62,578 nt of DNA from Candidatus Zixiibacteriota bacterium (lineage in GTDB: Bacteria; RBG-13-66-14; B26-G2; WVWN01): contig JASFLY010000015.1 of NCBI GenBank assembly GCA_050117845.1, positions 1-62,578 of the forward strand, in the 5' to 3' direction. Positions within the stretch are counted from its first letter, which is position 1, and every line of letters starts with the position of its first letter. The notes below the pieces were generated by a model that worked only from the letters and a program-made list of their open reading frames with translations, ran no database searches and was not told the origin of the DNA. A program made the translations under genes and the position numbers. Of this stretch, positions 18,291 to 27,595 are shown in pieces.

Positions 18291-18804
18291 CCGGATTTGG
18301 GCCGGGGCGGCCGCCGCGGCGGTCGCCTGGGCCGTCGGGTGCGGCGCGGGGAACCCATCGTCGGGGCCGGGCTTCGTGCCCTTCGAGAACCGCGATTGGG
18401 GTTTTCGCCTCGAGTACCCGGCCGACTGGGACGCGACCGCCGGCCGCGGCGTCGAGCCGCTGATAGTGGTCGTGAAAGCCCCCGGCCGCCGGGAAGTCAT
18501 CGGCTCCGCGGCGAGCGTCGTCGGGGCCTGGTCCGCCGCCCCTCTGCCGGCCGTGGCCGCGTCCTTCGAACGCAAGATCGCGGCCGCGGGCGAGGTGTCG
18601 GCCGAGGACGTCGAGGTGGGCGGCTTTCCCGCGCGGGCGTTCGAGTACCGGGTGGAGCGCGGCGGCGAGGCCGTTCGCACCCGGGCCCTCGTGGTCCGGG
18701 GCGCGGAGCGCTACTTCGTCGTAAGCTTCTCGGCCTACGAGGGCCAGTACGACGGCGCCCGGCCCTACTTCGAGGCCATGGAGCACTCCATAATAATCCG
18801 CTGA
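18268..18804 (+). CDS. Putative lipoprotein, PsbP/Mog1-like fold (start uncertain)
   Basis: Lipobox-like AVGC; FENRDWGFRLEYPADW...FEAMEHSI pattern. Confidence 0.6.
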   Translation: MYQPRANSRIWAGAAAAAVAWAVGCGAGNPSSGPGFVPFENRDWGFRLEYPADWDATAGRGVEPLIVVVKAPGRREVIGSAASVVGAWSAAPLPAVAASFERKIAAAGEVSAEDVEVGGFPARAFEYRVERGGEAVRTRALVVRGAERYFVVSFSAYEGQYDGARPYFEAMEHSIIIR

Positions 18805-18915
18805 CCGGCGTTTTTAGTATCGCCTTGCGGAACCGGCCCGCAATTGTTAGGATGAAACGCCCGGCCCGCCGGGCGATAACGCGCGCGAAATTAGTTTACT
18901 ACGCGGAGGTACGGG

Positions 18916-19569
18916 ATGAAGTTTAAATGGTACGGCCACGCGGCCTTCGGCATTACCACCGGGGACGGCGTGCGGATCTGCACCGACCCCTATATTCCGG
19001 GGTCCTTCGACGGCGGGATAGCCTACGACCCCATCGCCGACGCGTGCGACGTGGTCCTCCAGTCCCACGACCACGACGACCACGCCGGCGCGGCCGACCT
19101 GGCCGGCGACCCGACGGTCGTCAAGGGCGACGGCGAGCACGAGGCCGCGGGCCTCAAGTTCGTCGGCACCCCCACCTTCCACGACGAGAGCGGCGGCGGC
19201 GAGCGCGGCCCCAACACCGTCTTCACCTTCGAGGCCGACGGCATGAAGGTCGCCTTCCTGGGCGACCTGGGCCACGTCCTCACGGACGAGCAGGCGGCGG
19301 CCATCGGCCCCGTGGACGTGCTGCTCGCGCCGGTAGGCGGTTTCTTCACGATAGACGCCGCGGCGGCCACGAAGGTGGCCGAACAGCTCGGCGCCCGCGT
19401 CGTCATTCCCATGCACTATAAAACCCCCGCCTGCGGATTTCCCATCGCGCCGGTGGAGGACTTCACCGCCGGCAAAGAGAACGTGGAGCAGGCCGGCGCC
19501 GCCGAAATTGAACTCACGACGGACGACCTGGCTAATCCCCGGGTCATCGTTCTGGATTACGTAAAATAG
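18916..19569 (+). CDS. MBL-fold metallo-hydrolase
   Basis: WYGHAAF, TDPY, SHDHDDH, LGDLGH, IPMHY. Confidence 0.92.
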   Translation: MKFKWYGHAAFGITTGDGVRICTDPYIPGSFDGGIAYDPIADACDVVLQSHDHDDHAGAADLAGDPTVVKGDGEHEAAGLKFVGTPTFHDESGGGERGPNTVFTFEADGMKVAFLGDLGHVLTDEQAAAIGPVDVLLAPVGGFFTIDAAAATKVAEQLGARVVIPMHYKTPACGFPIAPVEDFTAGKENVEQAGAAEIELTTDDLANPRVIVLDYVK

Positions 19570-19643
19570 GGCGCCAACCGCTAAAAACGCGGCCCGCCCG
19601 GGCGAACGCGGGCCCGGGCCGCCGGGACGCCGAAGGGGAGACT

Positions 19644-20486
19644 ATGCGCGAGATAACGGTCGAGGAAATCGCCGAGAAAGTCAAGGACCTGTGCATCGAC
19701 GCCGGGTACAACCTCCCGGCGGACGCGGTTCAAACCCTCAAGGATTACCAGGAAAAGGAAGAGTCGCCGGTCGGCAAGCAGATACTGGCTTCGCTCGTCG
19801 AGAACGCCGAGATAGCGGCCCAGGGCGAATACCCGCTCTGCCAGGATTGCGGCTTCGCCGTCTTCATCGTCGAACTCGGCAACGACGTCCACGTCACGGG
19901 CGGCTCGTTGCGCGACGCCATCGACGAGGGCGCGCGGCGCGGCTACACCGACGGCTACCTCCGCAAGTCCATCGTCGCGCACCCCGTGGTCGGCAAGAAC
20001 ACGGGGGACAACACGCCCTCCATCATCCACATCGTTCCCACCGAGGGCGACGGCCTGGTCATCCACCTCGCGCCCAAGGGCGGCGGCTCCGAGAACATGA
20101 GCCGCATCAAGATGATGAAACCGGCCGACGGCCGCGACGGCATCATCGACTTCGTGGTGGAGGCCGTGCGCGAGGCCGGCCCCAATCCCTGTCCGCCCAT
20201 CGTCGTCGGCGTGGGCATCGGCGGCACCTTCGAGCATTGCGCGTTCCTGGCCAAGAAGGCGCTCTTCCGGGCGATAGGCCAACCGGCCGAGGATCCGTGG
20301 AACGCGGAACTCGAGGCCGAGCTCCTCGAGCGCATCAACAAACTCGGCATCGGCCCCATGGGCTACGGCGGCACGACGACGGCGCTGGCGGTCCACGTGG
20401 AGTCGTTCGGCCGGCACATCGCGTCCTTCCCGGCGGCCGTGAACATCAACTGCCACTCCGCCCGCCACAAGACCGCCGCGGTGTAG
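19644..20486 (+). CDS. Fe-S fumarate/tartrate hydro-lyase alpha subunit
   Basis: PLCQDCG, GYLRKSIV, PKGGGSEN, NPCPP, GPMGYGG, NINCHSARH. Confidence 0.92.
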   Translation: MREITVEEIAEKVKDLCIDAGYNLPADAVQTLKDYQEKEESPVGKQILASLVENAEIAAQGEYPLCQDCGFAVFIVELGNDVHVTGGSLRDAIDEGARRGYTDGYLRKSIVAHPVVGKNTGDNTPSIIHIVPTEGDGLVIHLAPKGGGSENMSRIKMMKPADGRDGIIDFVVEAVREAGPNPCPPIVVGVGIGGTFEHCAFLAKKALFRAIGQPAEDPWNAELEAELLERINKLGIGPMGYGGTTTALAVHVESFGRHIASFPAAVNINCHSARHKTAAV

Positions 20487-20494
20487 AATTATAT

Positions 20495-20730
20495 GTGCCG
20501 TCGGATGTTACCATCCGACGGCGTTCCTAGCACCGGACAGGGGGCTTAAGCCCCCTGTTGAAAATAGCCGCATCTAAAGATACGGCCCTTCTTTATACCG
20601 CCGGTTGAAACCGGCGGTTAACGCTGGGCGAGTAAAATACCGGCCGCTGAAGCGGCCGGTCTTAATTCAATAGTGCCACCGACATTCCTGTCGGTGATTA
20701 CGGTCCACCGGCGGGAACGCCGGCCCGCCG
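20495..20730. repeat. REP-like palindrome mosaic cluster 4
   Basis: CCGTCGGATGTTACCATCCGACGG, ACAGGGGGCTTAAGCCCCCTGT, then the modules shared with clusters 1-3. Confidence 0.9.
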
Positions 20731-20741
20731 TTCGGATTCTC

Positions 20742-22013
20742 TTATTCGTGTAATAACTTAAAGAAGGATTGGAGCTGGAACGATACGTTCGTCTTGGCAC
20801 TTGGCGTAACCTCTACGGCCGTCTCCACGTGTTCTTCGTATTGGGGGGAGGTCGCCTTCACGTCGTACATCCCCACCGGGACATCTTGGATTACGTAGTA
20901 CCCATCCGCGTTCGTCGTAGCATGAAGGTTCGGCCCGAGCACCTTGACCAGAACGCCTGATAGGGGTTGGCCGTACTGGTCCGTCACCAACCCGGAAATC
21001 GTGCCGACCTCCGCGGCTTCGCTATCGCCCGTGGCTTTTTCGTCAGGCGCCGACGCGTCGCCGTCTTCGTAGACGAGGCCCGGCGTCCGGACGAGCATAT
21101 CGGCATATTTGTCGGCGATATACGAATTGATATACTCCTCGGGAAATACCGGAGAACGTAGCAATAAATCCCGATACCAAAACGGCGGTTCCTCCGTCCG
21201 GACATACGTTACGCCCGTGTTACACGCCCGAAGTTGGAACGAGACGTTGGCCCTTGAGCCGGCGATAACCTTTACTCCCGACTCAACCTGTTCGTCGAAG
21301 TCGTGGCGCGATGCCTTAACTTCGTACTTCCCCGCCGGTACTTCCCGGATGACATAATAACCGTCGGCGTTCGTCGTCGTAAACAGATTCGTCCCGAGCA
21401 CCACGACCAAAGCGTCGGATAGGGATCGGCCGTCCCGGTCCGTCACCGCGCCCGATATTGCCCCGGCCTCCGCGGCTTCGCTATCGCGGGAGCCGCGTAT
21501 GTGGAGGTTCAGCGTCGACGCGTCGCTGTCGTCGTAGACGAAGCCGCGTGTACTGACGAGCATATCGGCATATTTGTCGGCGATATACGAATTGATATAC
21601 TCCTCGGGAAATACCGGAGAACGTAGCAATAAATCCCGATACCAAAAAGCCGGATCTTCCGGCGCGATTAAAATTACGCCTACGGGGATCTTGTACAGCT
21701 CGAACGATACGTTGGTCCTCAAGCCAGCGATGACCTTCACCCTCGGCTTGACCTGTTCCTCGCAACCGGAGTGCGTCGCTTTCACGTCGTACGTTCCCGC
21801 CGGGACCTTCTGAATGACGTAGTACCCGTCGGCGTTCGTCGTCGTAAAAAGGTTCGGCCCGAGTATCTTGACGAAAGCGCCGGATAAGGGTCGGTCGTTC
21901 TGGTCCGTAACCAAACCGGAAATCGTCCCGGCCTCCGCGGCACCTGCCGCGGCCGCCGTCAGCGCCGCGAACGCCGCCGCGATAATAACTCCTTTTAAAT
22001 GTCCCGCGCGCAT
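20742..22013 (-). CDS. Secreted protein with three carboxypeptidase-regulatory-like domains
   Basis: Signal peptide from ATG 22013; three GxISGxVTD...TTNADGYYVI..VPxGxYxVKA units; two TonB-plug-like fragments. Confidence 0.8.
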   Translation of the reverse strand: MRAGHLKGVIIAAAFAALTAAAAGAAEAGTISGLVTDQNDRPLSGAFVKILGPNLFTTTNADGYYVIQKVPAGTYDVKATHSGCEEQVKPRVKVIAGLRTNVSFELYKIPVGVILIAPEDPAFWYRDLLLRSPVFPEEYINSYIADKYADMLVSTRGFVYDDSDASTLNLHIRGSRDSEAAEAGAISGAVTDRDGRSLSDALVVVLGTNLFTTTNADGYYVIREVPAGKYEVKASRHDFDEQVESGVKVIAGSRANVSFQLRACNTGVTYVRTEEPPFWYRDLLLRSPVFPEEYINSYIADKYADMLVRTPGLVYEDGDASAPDEKATGDSEAAEVGTISGLVTDQYGQPLSGVLVKVLGPNLHATTNADGYYVIQDVPVGMYDVKATSPQYEEHVETAVEVTPSAKTNVSFQLQSFFKLLHE

Positions 22014-22120
22014 GTCGAGGTAACGCCGCCCTTTCATCCCGGCCGGCAAATTCCTTGCCACCGCAATACTACCACTTTCCTACGGGGGGCGTCAAGGCGG
22101 AAGGCCGCCGCGGCATGTGT

Positions 22121-22468
22121 GTGCCGTCGGATGTTACCATCCGACGGTTTCCCTAGCGTCGGACAGGGGGCTTAAGCCCCCTGTTGAAAATAGCCGCATC
22201 AAAGGTACGGCCCTACGTTGTACCGCCGGTTGAAACCGGCGGCCTACGCCGCGCGGGTCAAATACCGGCCGCTGAAGCGGCCGGTCTTAATTCAATAGTG
22301 CCACCGACATTCCTGTCGGTGATTGGAGGTTGTGTTTATGTAGGGCCTGACCTTTAGGTCTGGCCACGAAATTCTCTTACTAATAAGGGATTGTGGTGGG
22401 CCGACCTAAAGGTCGTCCCCTACATGTTCCCGGTATTTACGAGGCCGCATCTGTAGATACGGCGCTAC
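22121..22468. repeat. REP-like palindrome mosaic cluster 5
   Basis: First ~200 bp nearly identical to cluster 4; second half matches ~11351-11489. Confidence 0.9.
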
Positions 22469-22520
22469 GATTGCGTTCAACCCGGCCGGGGCCGGATCGG
22501 GTAAATAATTATAAATAGAA

Positions 22521-22540
22521 GCGGCCCCCGAAGGGGCCGC
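22521..22540 (-). terminator. Intrinsic terminator after the oxidoreductase gene
   Basis: GCGGCCCC-CGAA-GGGGCCGC hairpin with a T-rich tail on the minus strand. Confidence 0.65.
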
Positions 22541-22577
22541 GGTAGAAAGGAGGTTGGGAGGTAGGGCTGTACGCTGC

Positions 22578-25500
22578 CTACGCTGCCGCGGAGGCCGGCT
22601 CTCTCGTCCTGCCGCGGAGGTAGTCTATCATTCCCGGTACCGCGAGCGGCACGACGTCGCCGATCATGTGCGGCATCAGGTTGTCCATTACTTTGGGCAT
22701 GAGCTCCGGCATCTGCTCCGCCATGTAGTCGGGCATCGGGATCATTTCGCCCACCCGCGAAAGCATCGTCGGCATGACCTTGGGCATCATTCCCGGCAAC
22801 AGCTTCGGGAACAGGACCGGGAACATAGGCTTCATCAGGCTCAGCGCCCCCGGGATCTTGCCCATTACCCGCATCATCTTGCCCATGCCGAGCGGCATGG
22901 CGTCCAACAGCTCGGGCCACATAGTGTTCATCAGCGCCGCGAAGCCGGCGGGCGTCATCAGCTCCACCATGGCTTCGAAGACGGCCCACTGCTTTTTGAC
23001 TTCCGGGTTGGGGTCGGGGAATTCGTGGCCCAGCGCCGACGCGGCGTAGCGGGCCAGGTCCACGACCTCCACCGGAACGTCCTTCTTGTCGGCGCTCACG
23101 CGCAACTGGAACTCGCAGCACGGGCAGAGCGCCAGCACTTTCTCCGCGCCTACTTCGAGCGCCTCGTCGAGGCGTTCCTTTCCGACCTCGGCGGCCACCG
23201 GCGGCTCCTTGATGAGCGTCAGCACCGAGCCGCAGCAGTGCGCGTTCTCCCGGTTGAAGGGCATCTCCACGAAGTCGGCCCCGGGGATAGCCTTTATCAG
23301 GTCCCGCGGCGCGTCGTAAACCCCCGATACCCGGCCTATGTGGCACGAGTCGTGCCACGTGACCTTCTCGGCCTCGCCGCCGTTCTGCGGGAAGGCGAAC
23401 TCTCCCGCCTTTATCTTCTCGGCGGCGACCTCGGTGTAATGCTGGCACTTGATGTCGTAATCGATGCCCAACTTCTCGGCCCACTCGGCGTAGACGTGGC
23501 GCCACATCATGTCGCAGGCGGGGCAGGAGGTGACCACCGTATCGGCCCCGGACGCCTTGACCGCCGCGATGTTCTTCTTCATGACGTCGGCGAAGTCGTC
23601 CCACAGGCCCGCCACCAGCATCGGCGTCCCGCAGCAGCTCTCTTTCTCGCCCAGGTACGTGAAGTCCTCGCCCATCTCGTCGAGGAGGCGGACGGCGGCC
23701 ATGCCGATGTCGTGCTCGACGTAACTGGCCGTGCACCCGGCGAAGTAGACCTTCTTCGACTTGTGGCCCGGGCCGTGTTTCTCCGCCAGATCCTCGGGGA
23801 ACCAGTCCGCCCGGTCGCGGCGATACCCGGCCCAGATGTCGCCCTGGGACCGCAGCGCCGCGGCCATCATCTCGAAGGGCGGGAACGTCATCTCCTTATC
23901 CTCGTGCACCAGTTTGCCGCGCAGTTTCATCCACGACGGCTCGATGGGCAACGCCGCCGAACAGCGGTGGTTGCAGAGTTCGCACGTCGTGCAGACCAGG
24001 ATGGTATCCACCATCGCCTGGTCCCACTCCTCCCGGCCTTCCATGTACTCGCGGAGCCAGTACCACTTGCCGCGCGGGCTCTGGCTCTCCCAGCCGCGGC
24101 CGTAGAACTGGTCGCACTCGTCGACGCAGTAGCCGCACTGGGAACAGCCGTAGGCGTACCAGGCCACGTCGGCCGGGATGCCGCGCACGTCCCCCTCGGT
24201 GGGCCGCTCGCCGACGTTGGTGATGACGTGGTTGCCGAAGGGCCGGACCAGCGGTTCGAAGATGCCCGCCAGCGCGAGGGCGGTACCGGCCTTCCCCCGG
24301 CCCACGACCTTGGACGGATTGAACAGGCCGCGCCGGTCCACCTCTTTCTTGAAACGTTTGAGCCGGGCCACGCGTTCCGGCCCCAGTATCTCGTCGGCGT
24401 GGGAGGCGAAGTAGAGGCCCGTGCTGTAAGGCCGGCCGCCGTGCCGCTCGGCTATTTTCATAACCGTGAGGACGAGGCCGAAGACGAAGTTGTAGGTGAA
24501 CTTGCGCTGGTCGCTGGGGATGAAGCCGAGGATGACGACTTCGGGCTCGCCGTCCCGGCCTTCGCGAATCACGACCCCCTCCTTGACGACCGGCTGGTTG
24601 ACCTTGTCCTCTATCTCGGTCATGACGTCGCCGAGCGCCCGGAGCGGGACGACTATCTCGGCCGGCACGAGCGACGGGCCGAGGCGCTTGACGACCATGA
24701 GCTTGAAGCGCTGTTCCCACTCGTGGTGGGCGACGGCGTCGCTCAGGATCTCGGCCTCGCAGAGTTTGATAACGTCGGCCAGCTTGCCCCGGACCTCCTC
24801 CGCGTCCGCCCGCCGGAAGGCCAACGTCATTACGTACGCCGCCGGCAAGAGGACCCGCTTCTCCGCCGGATGGCCGAAGTGCTCCATCAGCGGGGCGCGG
24901 TTCTTCATCTCCGCCATGGCGGGGTTGATGAACATAAGCGACCAGATGGGAATGTCGTTATCGACTATCGATTTGACGAGGCGCTGGAGGTCGTGGGCGT
25001 CCGGACAGCCCACCGCGATAATGTCCAGGTCCTCGAGGGGATGGACGCGCAGCGTTACCCGCGTAATGAAGCCGGTGATGCCCTCGGCGTCGGCGACGAG
25101 GTCCAGCTCGTCCCCGGCGAATTCGCGCACCTCGCCGTCGGGCATAACGACCCGAGCCGATATTACGTTGTCCCGGTACCAGCCGTATTCGTACGAACCG
25201 ATGCCGGCTCCCCCCTGGGCCAGCCACCCCGCCGCGGTGGAGGAGGGGTAACTGGTGGGGTAGAGGCGCAGCGTCAAATCCTTCGTGGCCAGTTGCCGGT
25301 CGAGTTTCTCCCAGGTCACGCCCGCCTCGACGGTGGCCGTTCGGCCCTCGGCGTCGACGTCCAGGATCTTCTTCATCCAGTAGAAGTCGACGACGATGCC
25401 GCCCTTGACCGGTATCGCGCCGCCGTAGCCGGAGCTGGCCTTGCCCCGGGGCGTCAGCGGGATCCTTTCCTCCCGGGCCCAGCGCACGAGCGCCACCAGC

Positions 25501-25682
25501 TCTTCCTCGGTCTCGGGCTGGACGACCGCGGCGGGTGTCGTGTCGCCGATGAGCGGCTTGAATAGGCCGGGCATGGCGGCTATGTCGTGGCCGTAAAGTT
25601 TACGTTCGGTCTCGTTGAAGGTTACCCGGGAGCCGAATAGCTCCTCCAGGAAACGTTGTTGTTTACTGTTTATTTCGCGCAC
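22578..25682 (-). CDS. FAD-linked oxidase / 4Fe-4S / CCG-domain fusion (GlcD-GlcF-like)
   Basis: PAAVVQP..TPRG FAD site; CSQCGYCVDEC and CTTCELCNHRC; YFAGC, SCCG, TSCPAC, HDSCH, CCG, CPCC. Confidence 0.9.
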   Translation of the reverse strand: MREINSKQQRFLEELFGSRVTFNETERKLYGHDIAAMPGLFKPLIGDTTPAAVVQPETEEELVALVRWAREERIPLTPRGKASSGYGGAIPVKGGIVVDFYWMKKILDVDAEGRTATVEAGVTWEKLDRQLATKDLTLRLYPTSYPSSTAAGWLAQGGAGIGSYEYGWYRDNVISARVVMPDGEVREFAGDELDLVADAEGITGFITRVTLRVHPLEDLDIIAVGCPDAHDLQRLVKSIVDNDIPIWSLMFINPAMAEMKNRAPLMEHFGHPAEKRVLLPAAYVMTLAFRRADAEEVRGKLADVIKLCEAEILSDAVAHHEWEQRFKLMVVKRLGPSLVPAEIVVPLRALGDVMTEIEDKVNQPVVKEGVVIREGRDGEPEVVILGFIPSDQRKFTYNFVFGLVLTVMKIAERHGGRPYSTGLYFASHADEILGPERVARLKRFKKEVDRRGLFNPSKVVGRGKAGTALALAGIFEPLVRPFGNHVITNVGERPTEGDVRGIPADVAWYAYGCSQCGYCVDECDQFYGRGWESQSPRGKWYWLREYMEGREEWDQAMVDTILVCTTCELCNHRCSAALPIEPSWMKLRGKLVHEDKEMTFPPFEMMAAALRSQGDIWAGYRRDRADWFPEDLAEKHGPGHKSKKVYFAGCTASYVEHDIGMAAVRLLDEMGEDFTYLGEKESCCGTPMLVAGLWDDFADVMKKNIAAVKASGADTVVTSCPACDMMWRHVYAEWAEKLGIDYDIKCQHYTEVAAEKIKAGEFAFPQNGGEAEKVTWHDSCHIGRVSGVYDAPRDLIKAIPGADFVEMPFNRENAHCCGSVLTLIKEPPVAAEVGKERLDEALEVGAEKVLALCPCCEFQLRVSADKKDVPVEVVDLARYAASALGHEFPDPNPEVKKQWAVFEAMVELMTPAGFAALMNTMWPELLDAMPLGMGKMMRVMGKIPGALSLMKPMFPVLFPKLLPGMMPKVMPTMLSRVGEMIPMPDYMAEQMPELMPKVMDNLMPHMIGDVVPLAVPGMIDYLRGRTREPASAAA

Positions 25683-26031
25683 GGCGCCCCCCTTTTCGTT
25701 CGTACTGGTTTTTCAGTTCCTCGTACATTATCCCCTGGGCCGAGAGTACGTCCATAAGAACTTCGCGCATGATGTCGAACGCGTCGAATATCCTGGGATA
25801 AATAACGGAATAGTATAGTTTCTGGCCGTCACGGCGCACGGCTACGGCGCCGGCCTTACGCAACTTGGCCAGATGAACGGAAACGTTGGCCTTGCTGGTA
25901 TCCAGGCCCCGGGACAATTCGCCCGCGGACTTTTCGCCGTCTCGCAATTCGTCAAGTATATGGAGCCTTATCGGGTGCGTGAGGATCCGGCAGAGTTCGC
26001 TTTCCGTCTGATATAGTTGTTTTCGGTCCAT
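25663..26031 (-). CDS. ArsR/SmtB family regulator
   Basis: LTHPIRLHILDEL, NVSVHLAKLRKAG.V..RRDG...YY; overlaps the oxidoreductase start. Confidence 0.9.
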   Translation of the reverse strand: MDRKQLYQTESELCRILTHPIRLHILDELRDGEKSAGELSRGLDTSKANVSVHLAKLRKAGAVAVRRDGQKLYYSVIYPRIFDAFDIMREVLMDVLSAQGIMYEELKNQYERKGGRRARNKQ

Positions 26032-26285
26032 GGGTTCTCCGGGTCGGGTTTTAATTAAAGTTTTATTTAACTAATTATATATTTAACACATCGCGGGGCC
26101 AAAGTCAAGCAATTTAGTCAACTTTATCACAAAGCCACGCCGAGGCTCTTCGGCCGCGGTACGTATGGGCGCCTTCGGCGGCGCTAAACTCGTCTTGCGG
26201 CAAAAAAACCTTGACAAGCTTAACTCGTTGCTATTAGAATGCTTTAGAGATGATGTATTAATGCGCCTTAAAAGGAGTTACTCGA

Positions 26286-27542
26286 ATGGCGGAAGAATTC
26301 GAAGATCCCATCGAGGCTATAAAACGACGTAACGAGGAACGCGCCCGGCGATTGAAGGAACGCATAGCCAGCGGCGATTTCGATAAATTCGACACGCCCC
26401 TGGAAGAGGTCGACGAGGCTTTGCCCTCCGGGCCCGACTCGATTGAAGCCCCGGAAAGCGATTTCGACCTGAGCTCCTTCCCGGCGCCCCCGGAGCCGTC
26501 GGCGATAGACTTCGACGAGGAAAAGGAACCCGCCGTGGCCGAGATATCGGCCGAACCGGCGGCCCCGCCGCCAACCGAGGCGATGACTCCACCGCCGGGC
26601 GAAGGAGTGGCCCCGCCGCCGGGCGAAGGAGCGGCCCTGCCGCCTGAGTTCGCGGCCGAAACGCCGCCGCCGGCCGAACGAGCGGCTTCGCCGCCGGCCG
26701 AACCTCCGGTTATGCCGCCCGAGGCTCCTCCCGAATTTGAACCGCCGGTAAGCGCCGCGGCCGAAGAGCCGAGTATACCGCCTTCGGACGAGGCGGTCGA
26801 GGACGCGCTCGCCGGCCTGGAATTGACCGACCTCGACCTCGAGGGTATGGGGGAAGTACTGGCGCCCCAGCCCTGGGACGACCTGGCCGCAGCGCCGGAG
26901 GCGGAAGCCCCGGCCGCCGCGCCGATCGACGAGAAGCCGACGCCGGAACCCGAGGAAGAGGCCGTACCCACCGCCGGTTTCCCGCCGGGCCTCGAGATAG
27001 AAGTGGAACCCGCCGCCGTAACTCCTTCGGCCCCCGAGGAAGCAGCTCGGCCCGTCGCCGAGGAGCCGGAAGAGGATTTCGCGGCCGCGTTCGAACGGGA
27101 GCCCGAACCCGTGAGCGCCGCGGAGCCCACCTTGCGGGAGGAAGAGGCCGAGGCCATCAAGGCTACGATAGAGGAAGAACTGCGCGAAATCCCGCCGGCC
27201 GCGCCGCCCATATCCGCCCGGCCCGTTGTGGAGGAGGAACCCTCCCTCGAGGCGGTCGAATTGCCGCCGGAGGTCGAGCCCGCGGTTCCGGAGGTCGAAC
27301 CGGCCGTAACGCCGGCCCCGACGCCGGCCGAACGAGCGGCCCCGACGCCGGCCGAACGAGCGGCCCCGACGCCGGCCGAGCCGGCCGTACCCGAACCGGC
27401 CCTCGCCGCCACCGGCGGAGAGGAGATATTCATCGGTATCGAGGTCGCCGGGAACAAGGTTCGCATCGAGCGGCGCAACATCACGCTCGCCGCCGCGGTG
27501 GACCTCTTCAAGTCCATCATCGACCGCTACCAGAATCGGTAG
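26286..27542 (+). CDS. Pro/Glu/Ala-rich low-complexity protein
   Basis: RBS AAAGGAG; TTGACA at 26211; long acidic Pro-rich middle between ordered-looking termini. Confidence 0.75.
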   Translation: MAEEFEDPIEAIKRRNEERARRLKERIASGDFDKFDTPLEEVDEALPSGPDSIEAPESDFDLSSFPAPPEPSAIDFDEEKEPAVAEISAEPAAPPPTEAMTPPPGEGVAPPPGEGAALPPEFAAETPPPAERAASPPAEPPVMPPEAPPEFEPPVSAAAEEPSIPPSDEAVEDALAGLELTDLDLEGMGEVLAPQPWDDLAAAPEAEAPAAAPIDEKPTPEPEEEAVPTAGFPPGLEIEVEPAAVTPSAPEEAARPVAEEPEEDFAAAFEREPEPVSAAEPTLREEEAEAIKATIEEELREIPPAAPPISARPVVEEEPSLEAVELPPEVEPAVPEVEPAVTPAPTPAERAAPTPAERAAPTPAEPAVPEPALAATGGEEIFIGIEVAGNKVRIERRNITLAAAVDLFKSIIDRYQNR

Positions 27543-27558
27543 TGTTGACGTTAGGGAT

Positions 27559-27589
27559 AAAAAAACCCCGCCTTCGGGCGGGGTTTTTG
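27559..27589 (+). terminator. Intrinsic terminator (bidirectional-type)
   Basis: AAAAAACCCCGCC-TTCG-GGCGGGGTTTTT. Confidence 0.85.
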
Positions 27590-27595
27590 CATGGA

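Noticed and set aside
21090..21647. DGR template/variable repeat pair
   Set aside because: The copies are identical and in-frame within one gene, with no adenine-specific differences and no reverse transcriptase.
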